Position numbers and translations under genes: made by a program. A stretch of 64,000 nt of DNA from Takakia lepidozioides (lineage: Eukaryota > Plantae > Bryophyta): assembly GCA_030704615.1 (NCBI GenBank), contig CM060733.1, positions 23,188,001 through 23,252,000 on the forward strand, in the 5' to 3' direction. Each line of letters opens with the position of its first letter. The stretch's first letter is position 1. A model generated the notes under the pieces. It did not search any database, had not been told where the DNA came from, and saw nothing but the letters and a program-made list of their open reading frames with translations. This document shows positions 39,431 to 52,959 of this stretch, in pieces.

Positions 39431-41245
39431 TGTACTATATATATATAGTAAGTAGTTTATCTTATAGATAATATAAATTAAAATTTATATATCATACTAC
39501 TAATCATACATGAAATACAATGAACGCGGACACTAAGTTGTCTTAGCTATCAAATGTTTTTTGCAGCCCCATTCAAAAGAAAACATTTACACAATATAAA
39601 GTCAGTTTTTGAGGTGGCGTGACGTCACGTCATTTCGTTCCAACCTGGATGAGAAGGACATGATTGTAGTCTTTGTTGATAGTCGGTAATTGAATTTATT
39701 TGCATGATGAGGAGATTTGGATTTTCTTTGCCAAGACATGTAATTCTGCACTGCCCCGTGTTTCTCGGGGCGTGTCCCATGGGAATCTGGGGTCACCCTC
39801 CAGAGCCAGCCCTCGGCAGTTAGCCCCCTTTGGCAGCGTGCATTCATTGCAAACCCTGTCATTCAACCCAACGTGCTAGCCGTGGGCAGGTACCCGCATC
39901 TTTGCCCAAGATTTGCAGCGGGCAAACCATATCCACTGACGATCTGCCCGAAATAATAACCATTTCGGCCACGCATATCACCATAACTTCCTGCCATCTC
40001 CACCAATCAGCCTCGGGCAAGTGCCATTGGAAAGTCCGATTTGAGGGCTATAATTTTGCTGTTTATCAAAACCCAATCAGATATGGATCCAAGAAGATAT
40101 GGCTATTTGAAAAAACAAAGTGCGACCCAAAACCAGTCGATCCGGCGTTTAGGGGTTAAGGAGAGGGGACAAGAGTGACGGTTTGCAACATCTAGAAGCT
40201 AGGTAGATAAACAAATACAACAAATAAAGTCAATTACCAACTGTCGACAAATACCATAATCATGTCGTTCCCATCTAGGTTGGAACGAAGTGACTTGACA
40301 AAGACGTGACGTCACGCCACCTCAAAAACTGACTTTATATTGTGTAAATGTTTTCTTTTGAATGGGGTTGCGACAAACATTTGACAGCTAAGACAGCTTA
40401 GTGTCCACATTCATTGTACGTCATGTATGATTAGTAGTATGGTATATAAACACGGGGGGTCACTATATGTATTTTTTTCATATCACATGCGTACCAAGGT
40501 ATATTTATACCAGGCTATTATTAAAATTTTGCATTTTTTTCCACCTTATCCTAATACCCTATTTTTCTTTATGATTTTTTTACAACAATTAATTAGACCC
40601 TATTTTAAATTATATTTTTTAAATAATTACAAAACTTCAAAGCATGTACACAAACAACATTCCATACATAAGTCAAATGTCGGACCCAAAGAAAATTTTA
40701 ATTTTCATTAGCCACGAACTCATTCAAAGCCGCAGCAATATCACTCTAAAGAGATGGTTCAAATGTCATAGTCACTGTTGAGATTATGGTCTCAACATCA
40801 ATCCACTGTGTATCACTGGAATCATATTTGAACTTCAGGTTACCTCTACTTTTAGAGAACCAATTCAAAAACACCATAATCGAAGATTTGGGTAAAGCAT
40901 GCTTATTCATCAAATAAGCCTGATGAATAAATGAAGTTTTGAAAAGATTTCATCCTGAGGGATTAGAGTTGGATGAAATATGAGAAACTTCACAAAGATG
41001 GATACATTATACTGTAGATAAAACCCTTTATTACATTAACTTTTTTAAAAAAACTAGGTGAAAGAATATTGCCCTACCATATTTTTCAAGTAACACTTTT
41101 CTAAATTTTACCTCAAAAAATAAAACTACGCCCTATATTTGTTCTCACGTGATTTTGAAAATACGGGGAGTGACCCCCCCCAAGTATATAAATTTTAATT
41201 TATATTATCTATAATATAAACTACTTACTATATATATATAACAAT
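39431..41245. mobile_element. Foldback/MITE-like element with ~220-bp inverted arms ending in (TA)n
   Basis: 39431-39650 is the reverse complement of ~40270-40450 joined to 41185-41245. Confidence 0.75.
40451..41183. mobile_element. Nested non-autonomous TIR element
   Basis: Ends GGGGGGTCACT / AGTGACCCCCC; direct repeat GTATATAAA at 40442-40450 and 41184-41192. Confidence 0.75.
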
Positions 41246-41286
41246 CAAATTAATTTGATTAACAGAAGCTTGTCCTTTGAGCCCAT

Positions 41287-42190
41287 GTGGCTCAACTCAT
41301 AGCACATTCTGGACATGACAATTCGACGGAGGTACCACAGGTAGAATGTCAAGACACTGCAGCACCTGTGACGGATGAAGTGGTTCAGGAAGAAAATCTG
41401 GTGGGGCAATGGCCTGAGTGGTTCGTGAGGCATCACACTGTTGAGGATCGGGGAGAACAGCAGCAAGCTCACCATGATGACCCTCAACAGGCCATGCTTA
41501 TGAGTTCCATAAGCATGACACTTAATTTGTTGGGCACTTATGTCAAATCCCATGTTCCAACTTCCCAATTGGCAGCTTTGAGGGAGGAACTCAGGAAGGA
41601 ATTTGAGGCTCGACTTGCCACTGAGTGTGCAAACAAGGTCGATGAAGAGGTCACTCTCAAGATGCAGCAAGACTTAGAGAGTACAGAAGCGACTTTGCAA
41701 TTGGCCAAGGAACAATTGATTGAGGCAGGCCTCGCGCAAGACCAGTTGCACGAAGCACATAAGCAACAGCTATACCAAATGCAGGTGAAGCATGAAAGCA
41801 AGTTGCAAGAAGTGAATGCACTACATACGGAGTTGCAGACAGTGCATGACAGGATGGCCATACAATGTGCTACACTCACAACTATGCTTGACCAAAGTAC
41901 AATAGAAATAAACAGTCAAGCGGAAAGATGTACGAAGGCAGAGGCAGATAATGTTGAGCAAGTGAAACTCATTGTCGATATGAAGAATACAATCTGTCGC
42001 AATGAGAGTACTTTCAAGCAATACAGGCAGGTTGAAGCTGACCAAGAGAGGTACATCCTTGAGTTGCAATAAACACTCATGTCCAATAGAAATGAACTCT
42101 CTATGGCTAACAAGGCTTGGAAGGAAGCCAATAATCTGGCTGCTGCCTATGCGAGTTTGGTTGAACCTCATGCGAAGCGCATGGAGGTTC
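41287..42190 (+). other. Coiled-coil-rich ORF fragment of unknown function (stop at 42072), probably TE-derived
   Basis: 261-aa E/Q/L-rich heptad-like ORF; no recognisable family. Confidence 0.35.
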
Positions 42191-42581
42191 ATTTGGTTTG
42201 CATCCTCAATGCAGGGGGCTGCTATTTCATGAGCGGCATGAGCATGAGCGGAAAAAAAAAAAGCATGAGCAGATCATTGTGAGTCCACGGAAATAGGGTT
42301 AGGAGGCACGGAAATAGGGTCATGTGAAGTTGGAATGTGGCACCAGTGGACTTGAAATGCAACATTTTATTGCAAATTTTGTGGCAAGCCACGTCTATAC
42401 AAGTGTGTTCTAACTGTCATAGCCGGAATGGGCACTACTCTCCTACACCCTCCGAGGAACTTGCCCCACCTTCTTCCTCATCCCCCTCATCCCCCTCATC
42501 CTCCGAGCTCTGTGATGCATCAGTTCCACTATGCCTCTCAAAAATCCCGTCCTCTCCTTGGGGGACTGTCCACCTCACCTC

Positions 42582-45500
42582 CTAGGAATCTTCTGCGTCT
42601 TCTCCCCCACTTTCCTCAGCAGAATCCAACACAAATCTACGAGCCCGACGGGCTCTAATAGCTGCTGCCTCCTCCCTCATCTTCATTTTCTTGAGGCTTG
42701 CCTCGTCTAAAATCTGCTGTACACGACTACGTTCGGAACACCTCCTAATGGACACCGAAGCAAGCCGGGCAGCATAAGTAGGAAGGATGTACTCCCTTTC
42801 TGGACTAGGCATGAAATCCCCCCTGGCAAAAAAAGGCACGTTCCTCCTGCCCATGAACTCCGGTGTAGACGTCCCTCCGGCAGTACTTGGCATCCTACAG
42901 TAAGAACAAATCCACTTGAAGAATGTCAATACCAGCACAACCAGAAAGGGTTTTCAATGAAATAAGAGAGCGGAGGGAGGTGCCTCACAAAATCTGGAGG
43001 CAACTTACAATGCCACCACTCACTCGTAAACCGGGGGCTCCTCGGCCTCGATCCCAACTTCCTCCCCCTGCTCCTTCTCGGATTTTTCCTCATCCTCCGA
43101 GGATGCCTCTTCCTCTTTCGGCAGACGTTCAGCCGCTGCAAGTTCCGAGTTGTGGAGGGCAGTATCTGGCTCGAAGGCGAACACATGCCTGTCGGACAAC
43201 GTCCCTGCCCACATTGAAGCACCTGAGGAACAAAGCGGGCGGTTAATAGCTTGCGGCATGCAATTGCAATGGGGCCAGGGGACAAACTGAGCACGTGAAG
43301 GCTTACCCGTGCCGCATGTGAAGTCCAGAATCCGCCCTTGGACATCCGAGCACGTCTCCATGAGGGTTTGGATGAAAGCAGGGCTCCGGGTCCGGCTGTA
43401 CCGCCACGGTTTGCCTGTCTTTGTGTCCTTCGGCATACTAGAGTGGGGCACATAGTTGTAGAGGACATCGTAGGTTACAGGGTCCACAGCGGCATCAACA
43501 AGACGACCGTCGTTGCGGAATTTGAACGTAGACCCTCTCTTCACAAAGCAATATGCCTCAAACACCAATGTCTGCACATCCAACAAAGAAGGGATCAATT
43601 CCAGGGTCTACTTAACATACACCACAATATGAAGTGAATGCAATAGATTGATAACTTACACTTTGGCCCTCTGTTCGCAACCCCTGCGTACTGATGCAGA
43701 ACCATTTTCTGAGGAGGACCGGGGTGACACTTTTCGGTGTCCACCTTGCCACCGCATTCTCTGTGGTCTTCCCTCTCGTGGCAAGGACAACCACACATCC
43801 ACCGTCATCCAGAAGCATCCCCGCCAGCCCAAACCCGGCTTTCCAGTAGTCCTCAGTAAACCTGTTCCAGGTGGGCACACCATCCAGGCCCTCCAGCAGC
43901 TCCCCATCTGGAATGTCGAGGAGAATCATGTCGCAAGCTCTCTCCACCTCAACCCCCCCCCGAGTGCTCTTGCAATTCGTGCTCACAGCCGTGAAGAATT
44001 CCATCATGGCTTCAAAACCAGGGGTGTCTTTAGGCTCTGTACCGGCAGCCCTCTTCTTGGCTTTCCCCTTCTGCTCCGCCAGAGACTTGTTGTGTGCCAC
44101 CTTCTTCGCCCTGGCAGCGAGAGCGTCAAGGAAGCTCTCATTGACGCATTGGATGATGGTTGGAGGTTCTAGCTTTGGCCTGTGCGTAAACGTCACCGCC
44201 GAATACCGCCGTGTAGGCTCGCCCTCAAATGCCAACTTCTTGGCAGAGCCAGTCCCACTCCGAACTGACTTGGGAACCCGGACGACCGGTGACTGGGTAG
44301 GAGCAACAGCAGTCGCAGGACCTTGAACAAAATCGGCGTCGGAGTCACTCTCTTGGGTCCCCTCCTGCGCCTCCTCCGATGCCCCGATGGTTTTCTTCTT
44401 TTTGGGTGTTACTGCAGTCACCTGTTTCCTTGTCCTTTTCCTTTGACCTTTACTCTTCTCATGCAATTTCTCCTGAATTCCTGCCTGAGCAAGCTCTGCC
44501 GCTTTCCTGGAGTTCGCAAGCGCTTTTGCCTCTTTTGCACCCAACGGAGGCAGCGGAGCCCGGTTTCGTCGGAATTCAGCATCCAGCTTCAATTGAAACT
44601 CGGATGGGTCGAGCGAGCCGGGCGGAAGGTCCACATACCAAGGGCAATCACGCAAATGTTCCAGATGCCACTCCTTCACAATATCGTCAGTGTACATGGA
44701 GTCAGCCCCAGGGTTCCTCCATGCCAGGAAGAATGGTGGCTCGAAAGACAGATGACCTTTCTCCAAAAGCGAGAACTTACAGTACCTGCATTCATGAAAA
44801 ACACAATGAGGTCCGAAAATGGCTAAGTCCTGAACGGCAATAGGGCCTACAACTGGAATATGGCGCCGAATTTCCACTTCAGGGCCACCCAGTCTAGGGA
44901 CTTAGCCCGAAAATGGCTAAGTCCCTGAACGGCAATACGGCCTGGAACTGGAAAATGGCGCCGAATTTCCAGTTCAGAGCCAGCCAGTCTAGGGACTTAG
45001 CCCGAAAATGGCTAAGTCCCTGGACGGCAATAGGGCCTAGAACTGGAAAACGGCGCCGAATTTCCAGTTCCGGGCCAGCCACCCTAGGGACTTAGCCCGA
45101 AAATGGCTAAGTCCCTGGACGGCAATAGGGCCTAGAACTGGAAAACGGCGCCGAATTTCCAGTTCCGGGCCAGCCACCCTAGGGACTTAGACCGAAAATG
45201 GCTAAGTCCCTGGACGGCAATAGGGCCTGGAACTGGAATATGGCGCCGAATTTCCACTTCAGGGCCAGCCAGTCTAGGGACTTAGCCCGAAAATGGCTAA
45301 GTCCCTGAACGGCAATAGGGCCTAGAACTGGAAAAGGCGCCGAATTTCCAGTTCAGGGCCAGCCAGTCTAGGGACTTAGCCCGAAAATGGCTAAGTCCCT
45401 GGACGGCAATAGGGCCTAGAACTGGAAAACGGCGCCGAATTTCCAGTTCCGGGCCAGCCACACTAGGGACTTAGGCCGAAAATGGCTAAGTCCCTGAACG

Positions 45501-48500
45501 GCAATAGGGCCTAAAACTGGAATATGGCGCCGAATTTCCACTTCAGGGCCAGCCAGTCTAGGGACTTAGGCCGAAAATGGCTAAGTCCCTGAACGGCAAT
45601 AGGGCCTGGAACTGGAAAATGGCGCCGAATTTCCAGTTCCGGGCCAGCCAGTCTAGGGACTTAGCCATTTTCGGAGCCCTGACTGGAAATTCGGCGCCAT
45701 TTTCCCTAACACCACTTGAGGCCTCTAACATCCTGAAATGCCAGGACTTGAAAGAAAGGCAGCGCGTATGTACCTGTACAGAAGGCGCATTGCTGCTTTG
45801 TCCGCGTTCGGCTGGTCGGTGAACTCGTGGCTCCGGCGAGCATCTGCTATCTCCCGAAAGAATAGGTTGGTTTTGTAGAGCAGAAAGTACCTCGTCACAT
45901 AGTCACGTAGGCTCTCTGCTGCAGGAGATATCTCCATCTTGAACTGATGTGCTTGTGTGTCCAGCTGCTCTTGCGCATTCGTCGTCACCTGTGGAGATTG
46001 TCCATCAGATCGCTTTCCTCAAAAAATACAATGAATCCACCCCCTACTAGAGTAGAAGCCCCAAACGAAGCGTGGGGAAGTACCTGAAACCACCATGTCA
46101 TGCGGTTCATCCACATGTCGAATGTGGGGTCAGAGAGTTTGTCCGGTTTGGGGAAGCTCCACATGTCCCTGGTACTTTGGGAACCATTCCAGATTTGGAG
46201 CCACCGGGTCTGTCCAACCACCCAGCATATTCGTAAGCGCCAAACACCACAAAAAGGAGTTGTTGCCACCACAATTTGGTTAAGAATGTATCACCTTTTC
46301 TGTTGCATCCACACAGGATGTGGCTAGACGATGGAGCTTCTCCAATGTCATCGTGGGCTTCAGAGCGCGAGAGTAGTGCTTCCCCACCTCCACCAGAAAG
46401 TCGGCACCAAGGGCGGGATCAGCTATGGCCACGTACTTTACCATCCGCGACTTGTACTTTATGCGGGCCCTCACCTCCGCAGCTTTGACATACGATTCGA
46501 GTTCCGGGAGGGTTGGATTCTTCTCCTCTGACTCCATGTAGAACCTCCGCGCATGTGCCAAATCCTGCTGTATTTTCGTCTGTCAAGAATGCGCACATAA
46601 GATTAGAGATCCTGCTCAACACAATTTCTTCTATTGGGGGAGGAGAGACAGATTAGCTCAACAAAACTGTCAGGAGCTTTACCCGAAATATGTAGTCCAC
46701 CATGGCGTCGACGCTCAGCCTATACCAGGTTCTGTCTGCCTTTGCCTCCGACTTGCGCAGGAGGTCGGCACTGAGGGAATTGGCAAACTCTTGCACCCCC
46801 TGCTTCCCGACATCCTTCACTCGGAAGAGCATATGGGACAAGTTGGTGGCAATGAAGGCATTCTCAGTCACCCTGCAGTGCCACATTTCCATCAAACAAT
46901 ACTGAAATGGGAATTTTCATCATATATGAGGATTCGCAATGAAATGACTTCCAAATTCAAAGTCCAAAAGCGAGAGGGGTTGTAGCTTACGAGTTGATGT
47001 CGGCCATTGCAGCTTTGAGAAGACTGCGATCTTTGGGCCCCGCAACCTTCAGCACAACACAATCGACGGCGAAATGCCAATCGAGATCGTTGGGGTGGGC
47101 TTGGGCAATGTGCTCCATCCATGCCAGGAGGCGATGATTGCCGTCCCACACGTAGAACATCTTACCGGACATGTGCTGGAAAAGAGGATCACTAGCAATC
47201 GATCTCTCGAACTCCTCATTTCGCGTTTGCCAATGGGGACCCCATTTGTCCACCTCATCGGAAGTGTGGGCACGGGAAGCTCCGTGGTCGTTCTCAATGG
47301 AAACGTAAAAGGCGGCAGACCCCATTCGATATCCATCCCGGAAAGAGAATTTCAGCTTGTCGATATCGCCTGGGAGGGCAGGTCTCACCACCTGCAATGA
47401 CACCAAGCGGCAAAGGGGAATTCGAAGCTTGGCCGGGTACACCATGCCCCCCAGCACCCTGCCAATGTTGCTGTGGGTTGCCTCCAACATCTTGGCAGCG
47501 GCCAACTTCATATCCGCCTCAGACATGACGTCTGCTGCAGAGGGGTTTTCCGGCAGCCCACCAGGACCGCCAAATCCAGCCTGTATGCTCCGGGTTTGGG
47601 GCCTGGGGATGTCCGGGAGGATGTCATCCTGGTCAGAAACCTCCATGTCGTCCTCCTCAACAGGGTCAGCCACCTGCGAAACCACCTCCAGCACTCTCGT
47701 CGTCTCTACTGCCCTCTCCCTGGCTTCACCTCGAACTTGCACAATCCGTGCTCTTTCAGGTGTTCTTTCCTCTCCTCCACTCTCCACCGTATGGGTAATT
47801 GCGGGGGCTGCTCTTGCCCGCGATGGTCTAACCGGTGTGCTACTGCCTCTCTGTGGTGTCTTGTAGGGATCCACCGTCTCTGTGGGTCCCTCGCTTACAT
47901 TGGCATCTGTCATTTGGGCACCCCTGGCCTCTTCAGCTGCCTTTTGTCTTTCCTCCTGGCTAGCATTCTGTCTCGTCTGTTCTTTTGCCCTCTCTTTTGC
48001 CCTCTCACGGGCTTTCTGTTTCTTACTAGGGCTAGCAGCAGGGGAGCCCTCCAGGACGACCACCTTTGATTGAGGCGAACTGACACCCTCGCGCGCACTG
48101 CTCACTCCCCCCTCCGCAGCCCGTGACTGCTCTCTCGCCGGGGATTGCATGTGCTTAGCTTTCTTCTTTTTCTTTGCGTGGGCGGGCCCTACTGCATGTG
48201 CATGAACAACCTCCATTGCCGGATCTGCTGTCCTCATGTCCTCACGCCCTTCACCTGCCATGCCGCCTGCACCAACCTCCCCAATGCCTACTCTGTCGTA
48301 ATCTCGTTGCAAGTCCTCCCGTCCACCAACAAAAGGTTTAAGTTTGCCCTCTCGCCCCAAGTTGGGCGATTCAAACATGCGATGAGTTGGAGCTGTCGAT
48401 GATACCACCAGCGTGCCGGGCTCGTCGTCACTCTGTCATTGACAAAAATCGTGAAAACCAACATCGGTGCAAAAAGCAGCATCGCAACGAGCAGCGCAAC

Positions 48501-48868
48501 CACCATAGCAACAATCATGTAGCAAAAATGAAAACATAACAAGTTTAGGAAGTATGGAGAGCCATGCAACAACAATGAAAACAAATGCAACCATTGCCTA
48601 AGAATGACATGCACAAGCAGCCTTCTCCAGAGCTGCCGGATTTGCACACGCATTGCAAACAATCTAAGGTTCACTCAACTATCTAAAGTTCACTCATACA
48701 GCAAAGCCAGGATGAAGATGCAAAAACAAAGCGAGGTAACAAAGCGAAAGCAAAAAATAAATCGAACAAACCGAAAGCAGAAGTGGCTTGCCTGAGAGTA
48801 CTCGGCTTCAGTTGGCGCAGGTTGTGAGCAAGACACTGGAATCTCCTGCTGGAGCTTCAGTTTGGCCA
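42582..48868 (-). CDS. Multi-exon ParB/Srx-like + beta-class amino-methyltransferase-like gene of element 2 (limits approximate; a few frameshifts)
   Basis: IPLCRLVSLQVVRP..MFYVWDGNHRLLAW (~47130-47420), ATNLSHMLFRVKDVG, IADPALGADFL, HLRDCPWYVDLP, NESFLDAL, CDMILLDIPDG (~43905-43935), RSPAFIQTLMETCSDVQGRILDFTCGT/GASMWAGTLSDRHVFAFEPD; collinear with the element-1 gene. Confidence 0.75.
44812..45705. repeat. Intronic tandem array, ~9 x 95 bp, two hairpins per unit
   Basis: Units start at 44894, 44989, 45084, 45179, 45274, 45368, 45463, 45558, 45653; stems AGGGACTTAGCC/GGCTAAGTCCCT and GAACTGGAAA-GGCGCC-TTTCCAGTTC. Confidence 0.92.
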
Positions 48869-49199
48869 TGCGAGAGATTGGCCGTCGTCCGTAGTACAGA
48901 GCTTTCAACTTCCGCCGCGGTCTGGATGTGAGGTCTCTCTCAGGAGAGCCACGCCCTTCAGGCGGCATAAGTCCCAGCCAAAAAGATCTCCTTTTTTGGG
49001 GTACATGCCTGGAATACCATGTTAAGCCAAGTTTAGCATGAGATTTAGGGTACGTGTCCAGGAAGCCATGCGTCGCCAGCCCGAATAATAACCGACGGCC
49101 GTCGACATTTATTGCCCAACTGCGCAATTAAATGTCGGATGAAGCCCTCCATGTCGGATGAAAATCGACGTAAACAGTCCCGGAATTTCCAACGTAGAG

Positions 49200-50790
49200 G
49201 TAATTCGGAGCGCTGCACGATGGAATTCCGGCGCCGGATTTCCATCCTGCAGGTAATTCGGAGCGCAGCAGGATGGATATCCGGCGCCGAATTTCCATCC
49301 GCGGAGGAAGGGCGGCGCTGGAAATTTCCCTCACGCAGGTAATTCGGAAGCGCGCGGATGGAAATCCGGCGCCGAATTTCCATCCGCGGAGGTAGGGCGG
49401 CGCTGGAAATTTCCCTCACGCAGGTAATTCGGAAGCGCGCGGATGGAAATCCGGCGCCGAATTTCCATCCGCGGAGGTAGGGCGGCGGTGGAAATTTCCC
49501 TCACGCAGGTAATTCGGAAGCGCGCGGATGGAAATCCGGCGCCGAATTTCCATCCGCGCAGGTAGGGCGGTGCGCCAAATTTCCCTCAAGCAGGTAATTC
49601 GGCGCCGAATTTCCCTCCTGCAGGTAATTTGAATCCCGGATGAATGGAAATTCGGCGCCGAATTTCCATCCAGCAGGTAATTCTGGACGAGGAATTCACA
49701 TCGATTGGAATTACCTGCAGGAAGGTAATTCTCATCTAGAAATTACCTGCACGAAGGTAATTCTCATCTGGGAATTACCTGCACGAAGGTAATTCTTATA
49801 TGGGAATTACCTGCACGAAGGTAATTCCTGGCTCAGAAATACATGGCGAATGGAAATTCGGCGCCGAATATCCATACGGCACCGATCCGACTACCTGCTG
49901 GATGGAAATTCGGCGCCGAATTTCCATTTATGCGGGATTCGGCTTACGTGCTTGATGGAAATTCGGCGCCGAATTTCCATTCATCCGGTATTCGAATTAC
50001 CTGCAGGATGGAAATTCGGCGCCGAATCTCCATCCATCCGGGATTCCCCTTACCTGCTGGATGGAAATTCGGCGCCGAATCTCCATCCATCCGGGATTCC
50101 ACTTACCTGCTGGATGGAAATTCGGCGCCGAATTTCCATCCGGGGATGGTCTCTGTCGGAGAGGTGCCGCCTCTTTGCCGCTCTGTTGGATATTCGGTGC
50201 CGAATTTCCGTCCGGGGGTTGAAATATGACGGCCAGGTGCCGACCTCTCCCTTCTCCCCGACTGCATTGGAACGGCCCCGAATTGAAATTCGGCGCCGTT
50301 TTCCCATCTGTGGAGGTTTTTATGTCGGCCAGTTTTCGGTCTGACCCCCCGACAAGACTTCCTTTGGGGGGGCCCGGATGGAAATTCGGCGCCGAATCTC
50401 CGTCCAGGGGATGTTCTCTGTCGCACACTCGCCGGCCTCTGCGCCCGAGGCGACTTCATCCGGGCGTCCCCTGTTCGATATTCGGTGCCGAATTTCCGTC
50501 CGGGGGTTGAAATGTGACGGCCAAGTGCAGGCCACTCCCCCCTCCCCGACTGCATCCGAACCGCCCCGGATGGAAATTCGGCGCCGTTTTTCCATCTGGG
50601 GATGTTTTTATGCCGTCCAGTTTTCGGCCTGACCCCCCGACACGACTCCCTTTGGGGGGCCCGGATGGAAATTCGGCGCCGAATCTCCATCCAGGGGATG
50701 TTCTCTGTCGCACACACTCCGGCCTCTGCGCCCGAGGCGACTTCATCCGGGCTTCCTCTGTTGGATATTGGGTGCCGAATTTCCATTCGG
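49200..50790. repeat. Intergenic array of the palindrome GGAAATTCGGCGCCGAATTTCC and variants between the divergent genes of element 2
   Basis: About 20 copies in ~83-bp, ~55-bp and ~300-bp repeat units; flanking CAGGTAATTC/GAATTACCTG motif flips orientation near 49700. Confidence 0.9.
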
Positions 50791-51087
50791 GGGTAGTAAT
50801 GTGAGGGCACGGTGCCGGCTTCTCCCCTTCAGCCGTCATCATCCGGACGCCCCCCACTTTCTGACTGCATACCGTTGGCAGTTATTGCGCAAAGACCAGG
50901 GGCCGCATTCCGGAGACAAGGTTCATTAACACTCTGACTGTGGATTTTTGAGATAGTTGGCTCCCTGGATTTGGATCAGGCTTCGTCGCTCGGACAAATC
51001 GGCATCGCATTCATTCCCATCGCTGCACCCCTTCTACCAGGGAGCTTCCCCGCACGCCATCCTGGCAGTCTTGTGTGCACATCTCCC

Positions 51088-52145
51088 ATGGCGGAAAACC
51101 CGAGCGCTACAGTGTACTGCCCTCCTCACGAGCATAGAGCTTCATTTCCGTGCAGAGGGGACACCTGCCGGGTGATGGAGAAATATCTGTGCGTTCGATA
51201 CCACCTGAAACCGGGGTCGGTTTTTTTGGAGGAGGAAAGGAAGGACTCAAACGGCCTTGTTGTCGAGAGTATTGTTGTGCTCCACGATGATTTCGGCGAT
51301 GGCAGGGAATGGCGAGTTCCACCATCGGACAGCGTCATATACAGGGCTGTTGGGGACTTCATTTGCCCGCCAAATGCACCGTCTATCCTGGCGCCTTCCA
51401 CGAAACAATCCGCGAATCAGAGAGTGGGTACCTCAAAGAGAGAAGTCCGCAACGAAGTAAATCCAGAGCCGAACCCATCCATGAAGACGACCGAGAACCG
51501 GTTGTTCACAACCTGTCCGACTCAGACGAGGTCATGGAAGTTCCGAGGTCGTCCTGGAGATCAGGCAAGTCCTCAATGGACGTCAGTGGAGGAGGGAGTC
51601 ATATTCCCAGCACGAGCACCGCAGTTCGATCTATTCTAGAAATTCTGCGAGGGCTTCACCTGGAGGGACACCGGTCGGAGCTGGCCGGGCTGGACTATAG
51701 CAAGTTCGCAATTAAATCGGTTACATGCCTTCCCGCCGACGTCGACAGTAATATCTTCTTTGAGTTCCTCCTCGGGCGGACTACTCGAGGGCGTCCGGAA
51801 TGTTGACAGATATGGATAGAAAACATGACGGTCATCCTTGGTGCGTTACCAAAACCACCAGCATGAAGATTCTGGATGGTGTGCGGGTGCGTTTGTGCGG
51901 GCGCGTTGCGGTGTTTCTCCCCAACTTGCTTCCACTTTAAATCCAGAGGTCACAGGAACGAGACCGATTGACAGGCACAGCTCACCAACCATTTCGAGCT
52001 CAGGAGAAGGTTCGAACTCCACATTTAAGTGTGCGCATTGCAAAGAACCACACTGCATGTCTGTTTTGTAATGCCAAGCAGTTCTATGTGTTGCACCGTT
52101 TCTCTGACCTCACCGAGCTTGCATACACGTTGGTTCCCATTGTCA
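51088..52145 (+). pseudogene. 5' half of element-2 transposase (N-terminus and WRKY/GCM finger), broken at the inversion breakpoint
   Basis: GREWRVPP, RSELAGLDYS, MDRKHDGHPWCVTKT, FKCAHC, FYVLHRFSDLT.ACIHVGSH; frameshifted. Confidence 0.85.
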
Positions 52146-52550
52146 AAATTGGGCGAGGGGGAACTCGCGGGAGCTTTCCTCTCTGCTTCAGTTTGCTGTT
52201 CAAAGGTAGGCTTCCTGCCCTGAGTTTAAATTTCAGTCTAGAGGCTCTCTTCAAATCTATTAAGGGAATTGTGCCTGTACCCCTGTTTACCAACTTTGAA
52301 AGTCTCGAGGCTGAGCCAAAAGCCCAGGCCCTCCTGAGGCCTAGTTTTTGGGCAAATCACACAAACATATTTGATGCTTGTGTGAAGGGATTTCTAGAGG
52401 ATATCTGGGAACCGATTAAGTTCTTTATATGGAGGTAAGTCTTACTACCAACATCAGCCCCTGACAGAGGTAGGTTCTGTCCCTTTTGTTCCCGCTCAAA
52501 TTGGGCGGCGGGTCAATGGCCACAAGGCTACGACAAACAACGTCTTATGC
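52146..52550 (+). mobile_element. Displaced 3' end of the LINE at 59436-63420
   Basis: Begins with a KLRGGTRG-like segment that would follow LKGLPTKQ (~59440) if the inversion is reversed; related to 23790-24000. Confidence 0.55.
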
Positions 52551-52959
52551 GTACAATCTCTCCCCAGCACATTTTTAAAGTCTTGGGACCAATTCAGAGT
52601 AGGAGCTAGTGTGTGATCAGTAGGGTTTGGGTGTTTGCTAGAAAAAATTCAGCTGTCATTGTCAGCTTCTAGCAGCAAGGGCAAGGTCTATGCATTAATG
52701 GTGCTGAGTAAGGGATAGCTGAAGGAGAGCAGGGATAGAGTGTTGGTCAGAGATTCATCCAAGAGGGATGGATATCAGGCACAATAGTGCCCATGATTCC
52801 CTGTGGATTGATAGCTACAGGAAACCTGCATGGGTAGATGGTCAACTGAAACAGCGGCAGCGGCATATTTGAAATCAGGTGCTCCACCATGGCCACAGCT
52901 TCCAAGGGAGGACCAAGAGAGGGAGTCCACAATACCACTTTTGGCACTTCTGGGCACGT

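Larger units (their letters stand above)
42214..52145. mobile_element. MULE element 2, MTase-side part (terminus, ParB-MTase-like gene, palindrome arrays, 5' half of transposase)
   Basis: Terminus GGGGGCTGCTATTTCATGAGC at 42214; flank CTCAATGCA (42205-42213) is the reverse complement of TGCATTGAG (56196-56204) next to the other terminus; same gene layout as element 1. Confidence 0.88.

Noticed and set aside
44812-45705. CRISPR-like array (regular palindromic repeats)
   Set aside because: Whole 95-bp units are near-identical with no unique spacers; no cas genes; eukaryotic intron context
49045-50857. Many ORFs with MEIRRRISI / DGNSAPNF / WKFGAEFP repeats
   Set aside because: Translation artefacts of the palindromic DNA array; the same peptides appear on both strands
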